A DNA stretch of 64,000 nt from Eledone cirrhosa. Taxonomy: Eukaryota. Numbering within the stretch: position 1 is the first letter of the stretch; every line of letters starts with the position of its first letter. Both the position numbers and the translations under genes were made by a program. The notes under the pieces were generated by a model. It saw only the letters and a list, made by a program, of their open reading frames with translations, made no database searches and was not told where the DNA came from. The DNA lies in contig OZ024744.1 in NCBI GenBank assembly GCA_964016885.1, positions 37,758,001 through 37,822,000 of the forward strand, given 5' to 3'. Shown one piece after another: positions 15,001 to 30,000 of this stretch.

Positions 15001-18000
15001 TGTATCCCTTAATAATTTAGTTAAACTGGAACAATCTCCCTTGTCCCCCTTAATAATTTAGTTAAACTGGAACTATCTCTCTTGTCGCCCTTAATAATTT
15101 AGTTAAACTGTAACAATCTCTCTTGTCCCCCTTAATAATTTAGTTAAACTAGAACAATCTCTCTTTTCCCCTTAATAATTTAGTTGAACTGGAACAAAAT
15201 GTCTTGTGCTCCTTAATAATTTAGTTAAGCTGTAACAATCTCTCTTGTCCCCCTTACTAATTTAGTTAAACTGGAACAATCTCTCTTGTCCCCCTTAATA
15301 ATTTAGTTAAACTGGAACAATCACTCTTGTCCCCCTTAATAATTTAGTTAAACTGGAACGATCTGTCTTGTCCCCCTTAATAATTTAGTTAAATTAGAAC
15401 AATCTCTCTTGTACCCCTTAATAATTTAGTTAAACTGGAACAATCTCTCTTGTACGCCTTAATAATTTAGTTAAACTGGAACAATCTCTCTTGTCCCCCT
15501 TAATAATTTAGTTAAACTGGAACAATCTCTCTTTTCCCCTTAATAATTTAGTTAAACTGGAATAATCTATCTTGTCCCCCTTAATAATTTAGTTAAACTG
15601 TAACAATCTCGCTTGTCCCCCTTAATAATTTAGTTAAACTGGAACAATCTCTCTTGTACCCCTTCATAATTTAGTTAAACTGTAACAAACTCACTTGTCC
15701 CTCTTAATAATTTAGTTAAACTGGAACGATGTGTCTTGTCCCCCTTAATAATTTAGTTAAACTTGAACAATCTCTCTTGTCCCCTTAATAATTTAGTTAA
15801 ACTGTAACAATCTCTCTTGTCCCCCTTAATAATTTAGTTAAACTGTAACAAACTCACTTGTCCCTCTTAATAATTTAAGTAAACTGGAACGATCTGTCTT
15901 GTCCCCCTTAATAATTTAGTTAAACTGGAACAATCACTCTTGTGCCCCTTAATAATTTAGTTAAACTGGAACAATCTGTCTTATCCCCCTTAATAATTTA
16001 GTTAAACTGGAACAATCTCCCTTGCGCCCCTTAATAATTTAGTTAAACTGGAACAATCTGTCTTGTCCCCCTTAATAATTTACTTCAACTGTAATAATCG
16101 CTCTTGTCCCCCTTAATAATTTAATTAAACTGTAACAATCTCTCTTGTACCCCTTAATAATTTAGTAAAAATAGAACAAATTCTCTTTTCCCCTTAATAA
16201 TTTAGTTAAACTGGAACAATCTGTCTTGTCCCCCTTAATAATTTAGTTGAACTGGAACGATCTGTCTTGTCCCCCTTAATAATTTAGTTAAACTGGAACA
16301 ATCACTCTGGTGCCCCTTCATAATTTTGTTAAACTGGAACAATCTGATTTGACCCCCTTAATAATTTAGTTAAACTGGAACAATCTCCCTTGTATCCCTT
16401 AATAATTTAGTTAAACTGGAACAATCTCCCTTGTCCCCCTTAATAATTTAGTTAAACTGGAACTATCTCTCTTGTCGCCCTTAATAATTTAGTTAAACTG
16501 TAACAATCTCTCTTGTCCCCCTTAATAATTTAGTTAAACTAGAACAATCTCTCTTTTCCCCTTAATAATTTAGTTGAACTGGAACAAAATGTCTTGTGCT
16601 CCTTAATAATTTAGTTAAGCTGTAACAATCTCTCTTGTCCCCCTTACTAATTTAGTTAAACTGGAACAATCTCTCTTGTCCCCCTTAATAATTTAGTTAA
16701 ACTGGAACAATCACTCTTGTCCCCCTTAATAATTTAGTTAAACTGGAACGATCTGTCTTGTCCCCCTTAATAATTTAGTTAAATTAGAACAATCTCTCTT
16801 GTACCCCTTAATAATTTAGTTAAACTGGAACAATCTCTCTTGTACGCCTTAATAATTTAGTTAAACTGGAACAATCTCTCTTGTCCCCCTTAATAATTTA
16901 GTTAAACTGGAACAATCTCTCTTTTCCCCTTAATAATTTAGTTAAACTGGAATAATCTATCTTGTCCCCCTTAATAATTTAGTTAAACTGTAACAATCTC
17001 GCTTGTCCCCCTTAATAATTTAGTTAAACTGGAACAATCTCTCTTGTACCCCTTCATAATTTAGTTAAACTGTAACAAACTCACTTGTCCCTCTTAATAA
17101 TTTAGTTAAACTGGAACGATCTGTCTTGTCCCCCTTAATAATTTAGTTAAACTTGAACAATCTCTCTTGTCCCCTTAATAATTTAGTTAAACTGTAACAA
17201 TCTCTCTTGTCCCCCTTAATAATTTAGTTAAACTGTAACAAACTCACTTGTCCCTCTTAATAATTTAAGTAAACTGGAACGATCTGTCTTGTCCCCCTTA
17301 ATAATTTAGTTAAACTGGAACAATCACTCTTGTGCCCCTTAATAATTTAGTTAAACTGGAACAATCTGTCTTATCCCCCTTAATAATTTAGTTAAACTGG
17401 AACAATCTCCCTTGCGCCCCTTAATAATTTAGTTAAACTGGAACAATCTGTCTTGTCCCCCTTAATAATTTACTTCAACTGTAATAATCGCTCTTGTCCC
17501 CCTTAATAATTTAATTAAACTGTAACAATCTCTCTTGTACCCCTTAATAATTTAGTAAAAATAGAACAAATTCTCTTTTCCCCTTAATAATTTAGTTAAA
17601 CTGGAACAATCTGTCTTGTCCCCCTTAATAATTTAGTTGAACTGGAACGAACTGTCTTGTCCCCCTTAATAATTTAGTTAAACTGGAACAATCACTCTGG
17701 TGCCCCTTCATAATTTTGTTAAACTGGAACAATCTGATTTGACCCCCTTAATAATTTAGTTAAACTGGAACAATCTCCCTTGTATCCCTTAATAATTTAG
17801 TTAAACTGGAACAATCTCCCTTGTCCCCCTTAATAATTTAGTTAAACTGGAACTATCTCTCTTGTCCCCCTTAATAATTTAGTTAAACTAGAACAATCTC
17901 TCTTTTCCCCTTAATAATTTAGTTGAACTGGAACAAAATGTCTTGTGCCCCTTAATAATTTAGTTAAGCTGTAACAATCTCTCTTGTCCCCCTTACTAAT

Positions 18001-21000
18001 TTAGTTAAACTGGAACAATCTCTCTTGTCCCCCTTAATAATTTAGTTAAACTGGAACAATCTCTCTAGTCCCCCTTAATAATTTAGTTAAACTGGAACAA
18101 TCACTCTTGTCCCCCTTAATAATTTAGTTAAACTGAAACGATCTGTCTTGTCCCCCTTAATAATTTAGTTAAATTAGAACAATCTCTCTTGTACCCCTTA
18201 ATAATTTAGTTAAACTGGAACAATCTCTCTTGTACGCCTTAATAATTTAGTTAAACTGGAACAATCTCTCTTGTCCCCCTTAATAATTTAGTTAAACTGG
18301 AACAATCTCTCTTTTCCCCTTAATAATTTAGTTAAACTAGAACAATCTCTCTTGTCCCCTTAATAATTTAGTTAAACTAGAACAATCTCTCTTTTCCCCT
18401 TAATAATTTAGTTAAACTGGAACAATCTGTCTTGTCCCCCTTAATAATTTAGTTAAACTGGACCAATCTCTCTTGTACCCCTTAATAATTTAGTTAAACT
18501 GGAACAATCTCTCTTGTCCCCCTTAATAATTTAGTTAAACTGGAACAATCTGTCTTGTACGCCTTAATAATTTAGTTAAACTGGAACAATCTCTCTTGTC
18601 CCCTTAATAATTTAGTTAAACTAGAACAATCTCTCTTTTCCCCTTAATAATTTAGTTAAACTGGAACAATCTGTCTTGTCCCCCTTAATAATTTAGTTAA
18701 ACTGGAACAATCTCTCTTGTACCCCTTAATAATTTAGTTAAACTGGAACAATCTCTCTTGTCCCCCTTAATAATTTAGTTAAACTGGAACAATCTGTCTT
18801 GTACACCTTAATAATTTAGTTAAACTGGAACAATCTCTCTTGTCCCCCTTCATAATTTAGTTAAACTGGAACAATTTGTCTTGTCCCCATTAATAATTTA
18901 GTTTATCTGGAACAATCTCTTTTGTCCCCCTTAATAATTTAGTTAAACTGGCACTATCTCTCTTGTCCCCCTTAATAATTTAGTTAAACTAGAACAATCT
19001 CTCTTGTCCCCCTTAAAAATTTAGTTAAACTGGAACAATCTGTCTTGTACACCTTAATAATTTAGTTAAACTGTAACTATCTCTCTTGTCGCCCTTAATA
19101 ATTTAGTTACACTGTAACAATCTCTCTTGTCCCCCTTAATAATTTAGTTAAACTGGAACAAAATGTCTTGTGACCCTTAATAATTTAGTTAAGCTGTAAC
19201 AATCTCTCTTGTCCCCCTTACTAATTTAGTTAAACTGGAACAATCTCTCTTGTCCCCCTTAATAATTTAGTTAAACTGGAACAATCTCTCTTTTCCCCCT
19301 TAGTAATTTAGTTAAACTGGATCAATATCTCTTGTCCCTCTTAATAATTTAGTTAAACTGGAACAATCACTCTTGTCCCCCTTAATAATTTAGTTAAACT
19401 GGAACGATCTGTCTTGTCCCCCTTAATAATTTAGTTAAATTGGAACAATCTCTCTTGTACCTCTTAATAATTTAGTTAAACTGGAACAATCTCTCTTGTA
19501 CGCCTTAATAATTTAGTTAAACTGGAACAATCTCTCTTGTCCCCCTTAATAATTTAGTTAAACTGGAACAATCTCTCTTGTCCCCTTAATAATTTAGTTA
19601 AACTAGAACAATCTGTCTTTTCCCCTTAATAATTTAGTTAAACTGGAACAATCTGTCTTGTCCCCCTTAATAATTTAGTTAAACTGGAACAATCTCTCTT
19701 GTACCCCTTAATAATTTAGTTAAACTGGAACAATCTCTCTTGTCCCCCTTAATAATTTAGTTAAACTGGAACAATCTGTCTTGTACACCTTAATAATTTA
19801 GTTAAACTGGAACAATCTCTCTTGTCCCCCTTCATAATTTAGTTAAACTGGAACAATTTGTCTTGTTCCCATTAATAATTTAGTTAAGCTGGAACAATCT
19901 CTTTTGTCCCCCTTAATAATTTAGTTAAACTGGGACTATCTCTCTTGTCCCCCTTAATAATTTAGTTAAACTGGAACAATCTCTCTTGTCCCTATTAATA
20001 ATTTAGTTAAACTGGAACAATCTCTCTTGTCCCCCTTAATAATTTAGTTAAACTGGAACAATCTCTCTTGTCCCCTTAATAATTTAGTTAAACTGGAACA
20101 ATCTCTCTTGTCCCCTTAGTAATTTAGTTAAACTGGAACAATCTGTCTTGTCCCCCTTACTAATTTAGTTAAACTGTAACAATCTCTCTTGTCCCCCTTA
20201 ATAATTTAGTTAAACTGGAACAATCTCTCTTGTCCCCCTTAATAATTTAGTTAAACTGGAATAATCTATCTTGTCCCCCTTAATAATTTAGTTAAACTGT
20301 AATAATCTCGCTTGTCCCCCTTAATAATTTAGTTAAACTGGAACAATCTCTCTTGTACCCCTTCATAATTTAGTTAAACTGTAACAAACTCACTTGTCCC
20401 TCTTAATAATTTAGTTAAACTGGAACGATCTGTCTTGTCCCCCTTAATAATTTAGTTAAACTGGAACAATCACTCTTGTGCCCCTTAATAATTTAGTTAA
20501 ACTGGAACAATCTGTCTTATCCCCCTTAATAATTTAGTTAAACTGGAACAATCTGTCTTATCCCCCTTAATAATTTAGTTAAACTGGAACAATCTCCCTT
20601 GCGCCCCTTAATAATTTAATTAAACTGTAACAATCTCTCTTGTACCCCTTAATAATTTAGTAAAAATAGAACAAATTCTCTTTTCCCCTTAATAATTTAG
20701 TTAAACTGGAACAATCTGTCTTGTCCCCCTTAATAATTTAGTTGAACTGGAACGATCTGTCTTGTCCCCCTTAATAATTTTGTTAAACTGGAACAATCAC
20801 TCTGGTGCCCCTTCATAATTTTGTTAAACTGGAACAATCTGATTTGACCCCCTTAATAATTTAGTTAAACTGGAACAATCTCCCTTGTATTCCTTAATAA
20901 TTTAGTTAAACTGGAACAATCTCCCTTGTCCCCCTTAATAATTTAGTTAAACTGGAACTATCTCTCTTGTCGCCCTTAATAATTTAGTTAAACTGTAACA

Positions 21001-24000
21001 ATCTCTCTTGTCCCCCTTAATAATTTAGTTAAACTAGAACAATCTCTCTTTTCCCCTTAATAATTTAGTTGAACTGGAACAAAATGTCTTGTGCCCCTTA
21101 ATAATTTAATTAAGCTGTAACAATCTCTCTTGTCCCCCTTACTAATTTATTTAAACTGGAACAATCTCTCTTGTCCCCCTTAATAATTTAGTTAAACTGG
21201 AACAATTTCTCTTGTCCCCCTTAATAATTTAGTTAAACTGGAACAATCACTCTTGTCCCCCTTAATAATTTAGTTAAACTGGAACGATCTGTCTTGTCCC
21301 CCTTAATAATTTAGTTAAATTGGAACAATCTCTCTTGTACCCCTTAATAATTTAGTTAAACTGGAACAATCTCTCTTGTACGCCTTAATAATTTAGTTAA
21401 ACTGGAACAATCTCTCTTGTCCCCCTTAATAATTTAGTTAAACTGGAACAATCTCTCTTTTCCCCTTAATAATTTAGTTAAACTAGAACAATCTCACTTG
21501 TCCCCTTAATAATTTAGTTAAACTAGAACAATCTCTTTTGTCCCCCTTAATAATTTAGTTAAACTGGCACTATCTCTCTTGTCCCCCTTAATAATTTAGT
21601 TAAACTGGAACAATCTCTCTTGTCCCCATTAATAATTTAGTTAAACTGGAACAATCTCTCTTGTCCCCTTAATAATTTAGTTAAACTGGAACAATCTCTC
21701 TTGTCCCCTTAGTAATTTAGTTAAACTGGAACAATCTGTCTTGTCCCCCTTAATAATTTAGTTAAACTGTAACTATCTCTCTTGTCGCCCTTAATAATTT
21801 AGTTAAACTGTAACAATCTCTCTTGTCCCCCTTAATAATTTAGTTAAACTGGAACAAAATGTCTTGTGACCCTTAATAATTTAGTTAAGCTGTAACAATC
21901 TCTCTTGTCCCCCTTACTAATTTAGTTAAACTGGAACAATCTCTCTTGTCCCGCTTAATAATTTAGTTAAACTGGAACAATCTCTCTTTTCCCCCTTAGT
22001 AATTTAGTTAAACTGGATCAATATCTCTTGTCCCTCTTAATAATTAAGTTAAACTGGAACAATCACTCTTGTCCCACTTAATAATTTAGTTAAACTGGAA
22101 CGATCTGTCTTGTCCCCCTTAATAATTTAGTTAAATTGGAACAATCTCTCTTGTACCTCTTAATAATTTAGTTAAACTGGAACAATCTCTCTTGTACGCC
22201 TTAATAATTTAGTTAAACTGGAACAATCTCTCTTGTCCCCCTTAATAATTTAGTTAAACAGGAACAATCTCTCTTTTCCCCTTAATAATTTAGTTAAACT
22301 GGAACAATCTCTCTTGTCCCCTTAATAATTTAGTTAAACTAGAACAATCTCTCTTTTCCCCTTAATAATTTAGTTAAACTGGAACAATCTGTCTTGTCCC
22401 CCTTAATAATTTAGTTAAGCTGGAACAATCTCTTTTGTCCCCCTTAATAATTTAGTTAAACTGGCACTATCTCTCTTGTCCCCCTTAATAATTTAGTTAA
22501 ACTGGAACAATCTCTCTTGTCCCTATTAATAATTTAGTTAAACTGGAACAATCTCTCTTGTCCCCCTTAATAATTTAGTTAAACTGGAACAATCTCTCTT
22601 GTCCCCTTAATAATTTAGTTAAACTGGAACAATCTCTCTTGTCCCCTTAGTAATTTAGTTAAACTGTAACAATCTCGCTTGTCCCCCTTAATAATTTAGT
22701 TAAACTGGAACAATCTCTCTTGTACCCCTTCATAATTTAGTTAAACTGTAACAAACTCACTTGTCCCTCTTAATAATTTAGTTAAACTGGAACGATCTGT
22801 CTTGTCCCCCTTAATAATTTAGTTAAACTGGAACAATCACTCTTGTGCCCCTTAATAATTTAGTTAAACTGGAACAATCTGTCTTATCCCCCTTAATAAT
22901 TTAGTTAAACTGGAACAATCTGTCTTATCCCCCTTAATAATTTAGTTAAACTGGAACAATCTCCCTTGCGCCCCTTAATAATTTAATTAAACTGTAACAA
23001 TCTCTCTTGTACCCCTTAATAATTTAGTAAAAATAGAACAAATTCTCTTTTCCCCTTAATAATTTAGTTAAACTGGAACAATCTGTCTTGTCCCCCTTAA
23101 TAATTTAGTTGAACTGGAACGATCTGTCTTGTCCCCCTTAATAATTTAGTTAAACTGGAACAATCACTCTGGTGCCCCTTCATAATTTTGTTAAACTGGA
23201 ACAATCTGATTTGACCCCCTTAATAATTTAGTTAAACTGGAACAATCTCCCTTGTATCCCTTAATAATTTAGTTAAACTGGAACAATCTCCCTTGTCCCC
23301 CTTAATAATTTAGTTAAACTGGAACTATCTCTCTTGTCGCCCTTAATAATTTAGTTAAACTGTAACAATCTCTCTTGTCCCCCTTAATAATTTAGTTAAA
23401 CTAGAACAATCTCTCTTTTCCCCTTAATAATTTAGTTGAACTGGAACAAAATGTCTTGTGCCCCTTAATAATTTAGTTAAGCTGTAACAATCTCTCTTGT
23501 CCCCCTTACTAATTTAGTTAAACTGGAACAATCTCTCTTGTCCCCCTTAATAATTTAGTTAAACTGGAACAATCTCTCTTGTCCCCCTTAATAATTTAGT
23601 TAAACTGGAACAATCACTCTTGTCCCCCTTAATAATTTAGTTAAACTGGAACGATCTGTCTTGTCCCCCTTAATAATTTAGTTAAATTGGAACAATCTCT
23701 CTTGTACCCCTTAATAATTTAGTTAAACTGGAACAATCTCTCTTGTACGCCTTAATAATTTAGTTAAACTGGAACAATCTCTCTTGTCCCCCTTAATAAT
23801 TTAGTTAAACTGGAACAATCTCTCTTTTCCCCTTAATAATTTAGTTAAACTAGAACAATCTCACTTGTCCCCTTAATAATTTAGTTAAACTAGAACAATC
23901 TCTCTTTTCCCCTTAATAATTTAGTTAAACTGGAACAATCTGTCTTGTCCCCCTTAATAATTTAGTTAAACTGGAACAATCTCTCTTGTATCCCTTAATA

Positions 24001-27000
24001 ATTTAGTTGAACTGGAACGATCTGTCTTGTCCCCCTTAATAATTTAGTTAAACTGGAACAATCACTCTGGTGCCCCTTCATAATTTTGTTAAACTGGAAC
24101 AATCTGATTTGACCCCCTTAATAATTTAGTTAAACTGGAACAATCTCCCTTGTATCCCTTAATAATTTAGTTAAACTGGAACAATCTCCCTTGTCCCCCT
24201 TAATAATTTAGTTAAACTGGAACTATCTCTCTTGTCGCCCTTAATAATTTAGTTAAACTGTAACAATCTCTCTTGTCCCCCTTAATAATTTAGTTAAACT
24301 AGAACAATCTCTCTTTTCCCCTTAATAATTTAGTTGAACTGGAACAAAATGTCTTGTGCCCCTTAATAATTTAGTTAAGCTGTAACAATCTCTCTTGTCC
24401 CCCTTACTAATTTAGTTAAACTGGAACAATCTCTCTTGTCCCCCTTAATAATTTAGTTAAACTGGAACAATCTCTCTTGTCCCCCTTAATAATTTAGTTA
24501 AACTGGAACAATCACTCTTGTCCCCCTTAATAATTTAGTTAAACTGGAACGATCTGTCTTGTCCCCCTTAATAATTTAGTTAAATTGGAACAATCTCTCT
24601 TGTACCCCTTAATAATTTAGTTAAACTGGAACAATCTCTCTTGTACGCCTTAATAATTTAGTTAAACTGGAACAATCTCTCTTGTCCCCCTTAATAATTT
24701 AGTTAAACTGGAACAATCTCTCTTTTCCCCTTAATAATTTAGTTAAACTAGAACAATCTCACTTGTCCCCTTAATAATTTAGTTAAACTAGAACAATCTC
24801 TCTTTTCCCCTTAATAATTTAGTTAAACTGGAACAATCTGTCTTGTCCCCCTTAATAATTTAGTTAAACTGGAACAATCTCTCTTGTACCCCTTAATAAT
24901 TTAGTTAAACTGGAACAATCTCTCTTGTCCCCCTTAATAATTTAGTTAAACTGGAACAATCTGTCTTGTACACCTTAATAATTTAGTTAAACTGGAACAA
25001 TCTCTCTTGTCCCCCTTCATAATTTAGTTAAACTGGAACAATTTGTCTTGTCCCCATTAATAATTTAGTTAAGCTGGAACAATCTCTTTTGTCCCCCTTA
25101 ATAATTTAGTTAAACTGGCACTATCTCTCTTGTCCCCCTTAATAATTTAGTTAAACTGGAACAATCTCTCTTGTCCCCATTAATAATTTAGTTAAACTGG
25201 AACAATCTCTCTTGTCCCCTTAATAATTTAGTTAAACTGGAACAATCTCTCTTGTCCCCTTAGTAATTTAGTTAAACTGGAACAATCTCTTTTGTCCCCC
25301 TTAATAATTTAGTTAAACTGTAACAATCTCTCTTGTCCCCCTTAATAATTTAGTTAAACTGGAACAATCTGTCTTGTCCCCCTTAATAATTTAGTTAAAC
25401 TGTAACTATCTCTCTTGTCGCCCTTAATAATTTAGTTAAACTGTAACAATCTCTCTTGTCCCCCTTAATAATTTAGTTAAACTGGAACAAAATGTCTTGT
25501 GACCCTTAATAATTTAGTTAAGCTGTAACAATCTCTCTTGTCCCCCTTACTAATTTAGTTAAACTGGAACAATCTCTCTTGTCCCCATTAATAATTTAGT
25601 TAAACTGGAACAATCTCTCTTTTCCCCCTTAGTAATTTAGTTAAACTGGATCAATATCTCTTGTCCCTCTTAATAATTTAGTTAAACTGGAACAATCACT
25701 CTTGTCCCCCTTAATAATTTAGTTAAACTGGAACGATCTGTCTTGTCCCCCTTAATAATTTAGTTAAATTGGAACAATCTCTCTTGTACCTCTTAATAAT
25801 TTAGTTAAACTGGAACAATCTCTCTTGTACGCCTTAATAATTTAGTTAAACTGGAACAATCTCTCTTGTCCCCCTTAATAATTTAGTTAAACTGGAACAA
25901 TCTCTCTTTTCCCCTTAATAATTTAGTTAAACTGGAACAATCTCTCTTGTCCCCTTGATAATTTAGTTAAACTAGAACAATCTCTCTTTTCCCCTTAATA
26001 ATTTAGTTAAACTGGAACAATCTGTCTTGTCCCCCTTAATAATTTAGTTAAACTGGACCAATCTCTCTTGTACCCCTTAATAATTTAGTTAAACTGGAAC
26101 AATCTCTCTTGTCCCCCTTAATAATTTAGTTAAACTGGAACAATCTGTCTTGTACGCCTTAATAATTTAGTTAAACTGGAACAATCTCTCTTGTCCCCTT
26201 AATAATTTAGTTAAACTAGAACAATCTCTCTTTTCACCTCAATAATTTAGTTAAACTGGAACAATCTGTCTTGTCCCCCTTAATAATTTAGTTAAACTGG
26301 AACAATCTCTCTTGTACCCCTTAATAATTTAGTTAAACTGGAACAATCTCTCTTGTCCCCCTTAATAATTTAGTTAAACTGGAACAATCTGTCTTGTACA
26401 CCTTAATAATTTAGTTAAACTGGAACAATCTCTCTTGTCCCCCTTCATAATTTAGTTAAACTGTAACAATCTCTCTTGTCCCCCTTAATAATTTAGTTAA
26501 GCTGGAACAATCTCTTTTGTCCCCCTTAATAATTTAGTTAAACTGGCACTATCTCTCTTGTCCCCCTTAATAATTTAGTTAAACTGGAACAATCTCTCTT
26601 GTCCCTATTAATAATTTAGTTAAACTGGAACAATCTCTCTTGTCCCCCTTAATAATTTAGTTAAACTGGAACAATCTCTCTTGTCCCCTTAATAATTTAG
26701 TTAAACTGGAACAATCTCTCTTGTCCCCTTAGTAATTTAGTTAAACTGGAACAATCTGTCTTGTCCCCCTTACTAATTTAGTTAAACTGGAACAATCTCT
26801 CTTGTACCCCTTAATAATTTAGTTAAACTGGAACAATCTCTCTTGTCCCCCTTAATAATTTAGTTAAACTGGAACAATCTCTCTTGTCCCCCTTAATAAT
26901 TTAGTTAAACTGGAATAATCTATCTTGTCCCCCTTAATAATTTAGTTAAACTGTAACAATCTCGCTTGTCCTCCTTAATAATTTAGTTAAACTGGAACAA

Positions 27001-30000
27001 TCTCTCTTGTACCCCTTCATAATTTAGTTAAACTGTAACAAACTCACTTGTCCCTCTTAATAATTTAGTTAAAGTGGAACGATCTGCCTTGTCCCCTTTA
27101 ATAATTTAGTTAAACTGGAACAATCACTCTTGTGCCCCTTCATAATTTTGTTAAACTGGAACAATCTGTCTTATCCCCCTTAATAATTTAGTTAAACTGG
27201 AACAATCTCCCTTGCGCCCCTCAATAATTTAGTTAAACTGGAACAATCTGTCTTGTCCCCCTTAATAATTTAGTTAAACTGGAACAATCTCCCTTGCGCC
27301 CCTTAATAATTTAATTAAACTGGAACAATCTGTCTTATCCCCCTTAATAATTTAGTTAAACTGGAACAATCTCCCTTGCGCCCCTTAATAATTTACTTTA
27401 ACTGTAACAATCTCTCTTGTCGCCCTTAATAATTCAGTTAAACTGGAACAATCTGTCTTGTCCCCCTTAATAATTTAGTTAAAGTGGAACGATCTGTCTT
27501 GTCCCCCTTAATAATTTAGTTAAACTGGAACAATCACTCTGGTGTCCCTTCATAATTTTGTTAAACTGGAACAATCTGTCTTGACCCCCTTAATAATTTA
27601 GTTAAACTGGAACAATCTCCCTTGTCCCCCTTAATAATTTAGTTAAACTGGAACAATCTGTCTTGTCCCCCTTAATAATTTAGTTAAACTGTATCTATCT
27701 CTCTTGTCGCCCTTAATAATTTAGTTAAACTGGAACAATCTCTCTTGTCCCCCTTAATAATTTAGTTAAACTTGAACAATCTCTCTTGTCCCTCTTAATA
27801 ATTTAATTAAACTGTAACAATGTCTCTTGTCCCCCTTAATAATTTAGTTAAACTGGAACAATCTGACTTGTCCCCCTTAATAATTTAGTTAAACTGGAAC
27901 AATCTGTCTTGTCCCCCTTAATAATTTAGTTAAACTGGAATAATCTGTCTTGTCCCCCTTAATAATTTAGTTAAACTGGAACAATCTCTCTTGTCCCCCT
28001 TAATAATTTAGGTAAACTGGAACAATCTGTCTTGTACGCCTTAATAATTTAGTTAAACTGGAACAATCTCTCTTGTCCCCTTAATAATTTAGTTAAACTA
28101 GAACAATCTCTCTTTTCCCCTCAATAATTTAGTTAAACTGGAACAATCAGTCTTGTCCCCCTTAATAATTTAGTTAAACTGGAACAATCTCTCTTGTACC
28201 CCTTAATAATTTAGTTAAACTGGAACAATCTCTCTTGTCCCCCTTAATAATTTAGTTAAACTGGAACAATCTGTCTTGTACACCTTAATAATTTAGTTAA
28301 ACTGGAACAATCTCTCTTGTCCCCCTTCATAATTTAGTTAAACTGTAACAATCTCTCTTGTCCCCCTTAATAATTTAGTTAAGCTGGAACAATCTCTTTT
28401 GTCCCCCTTAATAATTTAGTTAAACTGGCACTATCTCTCTTGTCCCCCTTAATAATTTAGTTAAACTGGAACAATCTCTCTTGTCCCTATTAATAATTTA
28501 GTTAAACTGGAACAATCTCTCTTGTCCCCCTTAATAATTTAGTTAAACTGGAACAATCTCTCTTGTCCCCTTAATAATTTAGTTAAACTGGAACAATCTC
28601 TCTTGTCCCCTTAGTAATTTAGTTAAACTGGAACAATCTGTCTTGTCCCCCTTACTAATTTAGTTAAACTGGAACAATCTCTCTTGTACCCCTTAATAAT
28701 TTAGTTAAACTGGAACAATCTCTCTTGTCCCCCTTAATAATTTAGTTAAACTGGAACAATCTCTCTTGTCCCCCTTAATAATTTAGTTAAACTGGAATAA
28801 TCTATCTTGTCCCCCTTAATAATTTAGTTAAACTGTAACAATCTCGCTTGTCCTCCTTAATAATTTAGTTAAACTGGAACAATCTCTCTTGTACCCCTTC
28901 ATAATTTAGTTAAACTGTAACAAACTCACTTGTCCCTCTTAATAATTTAGTTAAAGTGGAACGATCTGCCTTGTCCCCTTTAATAATTTAGTTAAACTGG
29001 AACAATCACTCTTGTGCCCCTTCATAATTTTGTTAAACTGGAACAATCTGTCTTATCCCCCTTAATAATTTAGTTAAACTGGAACAATCTCCCTTGCGCC
29101 CCTCAATAATTTAGTTAAACTGGAACAATCTGTCTTGTCCCCCTTAATAATTTAGTTAAACTGGAACAATCTCCCTTGCGCCCCTTAATAATTTAATTAA
29201 ACTGGAACAATCTGTCTTATCCCCCTTAATAATTTAGTTAAACTGGAACAATCTCCCTTGCGCCCCTTAATAATTTACTTTAACTGTAACAATCTCTCTT
29301 GTCGCCCTTAATAATTTAGTTAAACTGTAACAGTCTCTCTTTTCCCCTTAATAATTCAGTTAAACTGGAACAATCTGTCTTGTCCCCCTTAATAATTTAG
29401 TTAAAGTGGAACGATCTGTCTTGTCCCCCTTAATAATTTAGTTAAACTGGAACAATCACTCTGGTGTCCCTTCATAATTTTGTTAAACTGGAACAATCTG
29501 TCTTGACCCCCTTAATAATTTAGTTAAACTGGAACAATCTCCCTTGTCCCCCTTAATAATTTAGTTAAACTGGAACAATCTGTCTTGTCCCCCTTAATAA
29601 TTTAGTTAAACTGTATCTATCTCTCTTGTCGCCCTTAATAATTTAGTTAAACTGGAACAATCTCTCTTGTCCCCCTTAATAATTTAGTTAAACTTGAACA
29701 ATCTCTCTTGTCCCTCTTAATAATTTAATTAAACTGTAACAATGTCTCTTGTCCCCCTTAATAATTTAGTTAAACTGGAACAATCTGACTTGTCCCCCTT
29801 AATAATTTAGTTAAACTGGAACAATCTGTCTTGTCCCCCTTAATAATTTAGTTAAACTGGAATAATCTGTCTTGTCCCCCTTAATAATTTAGTTAAACTG
29901 GAATAATCTGTCTTGTCCCCCTTAATAATTTAGTTAAACTGGAACAATCTCTCTTGTCCCCCTGAATAATTTAGTTAAACTGGAACAATCTGTCTTGTCC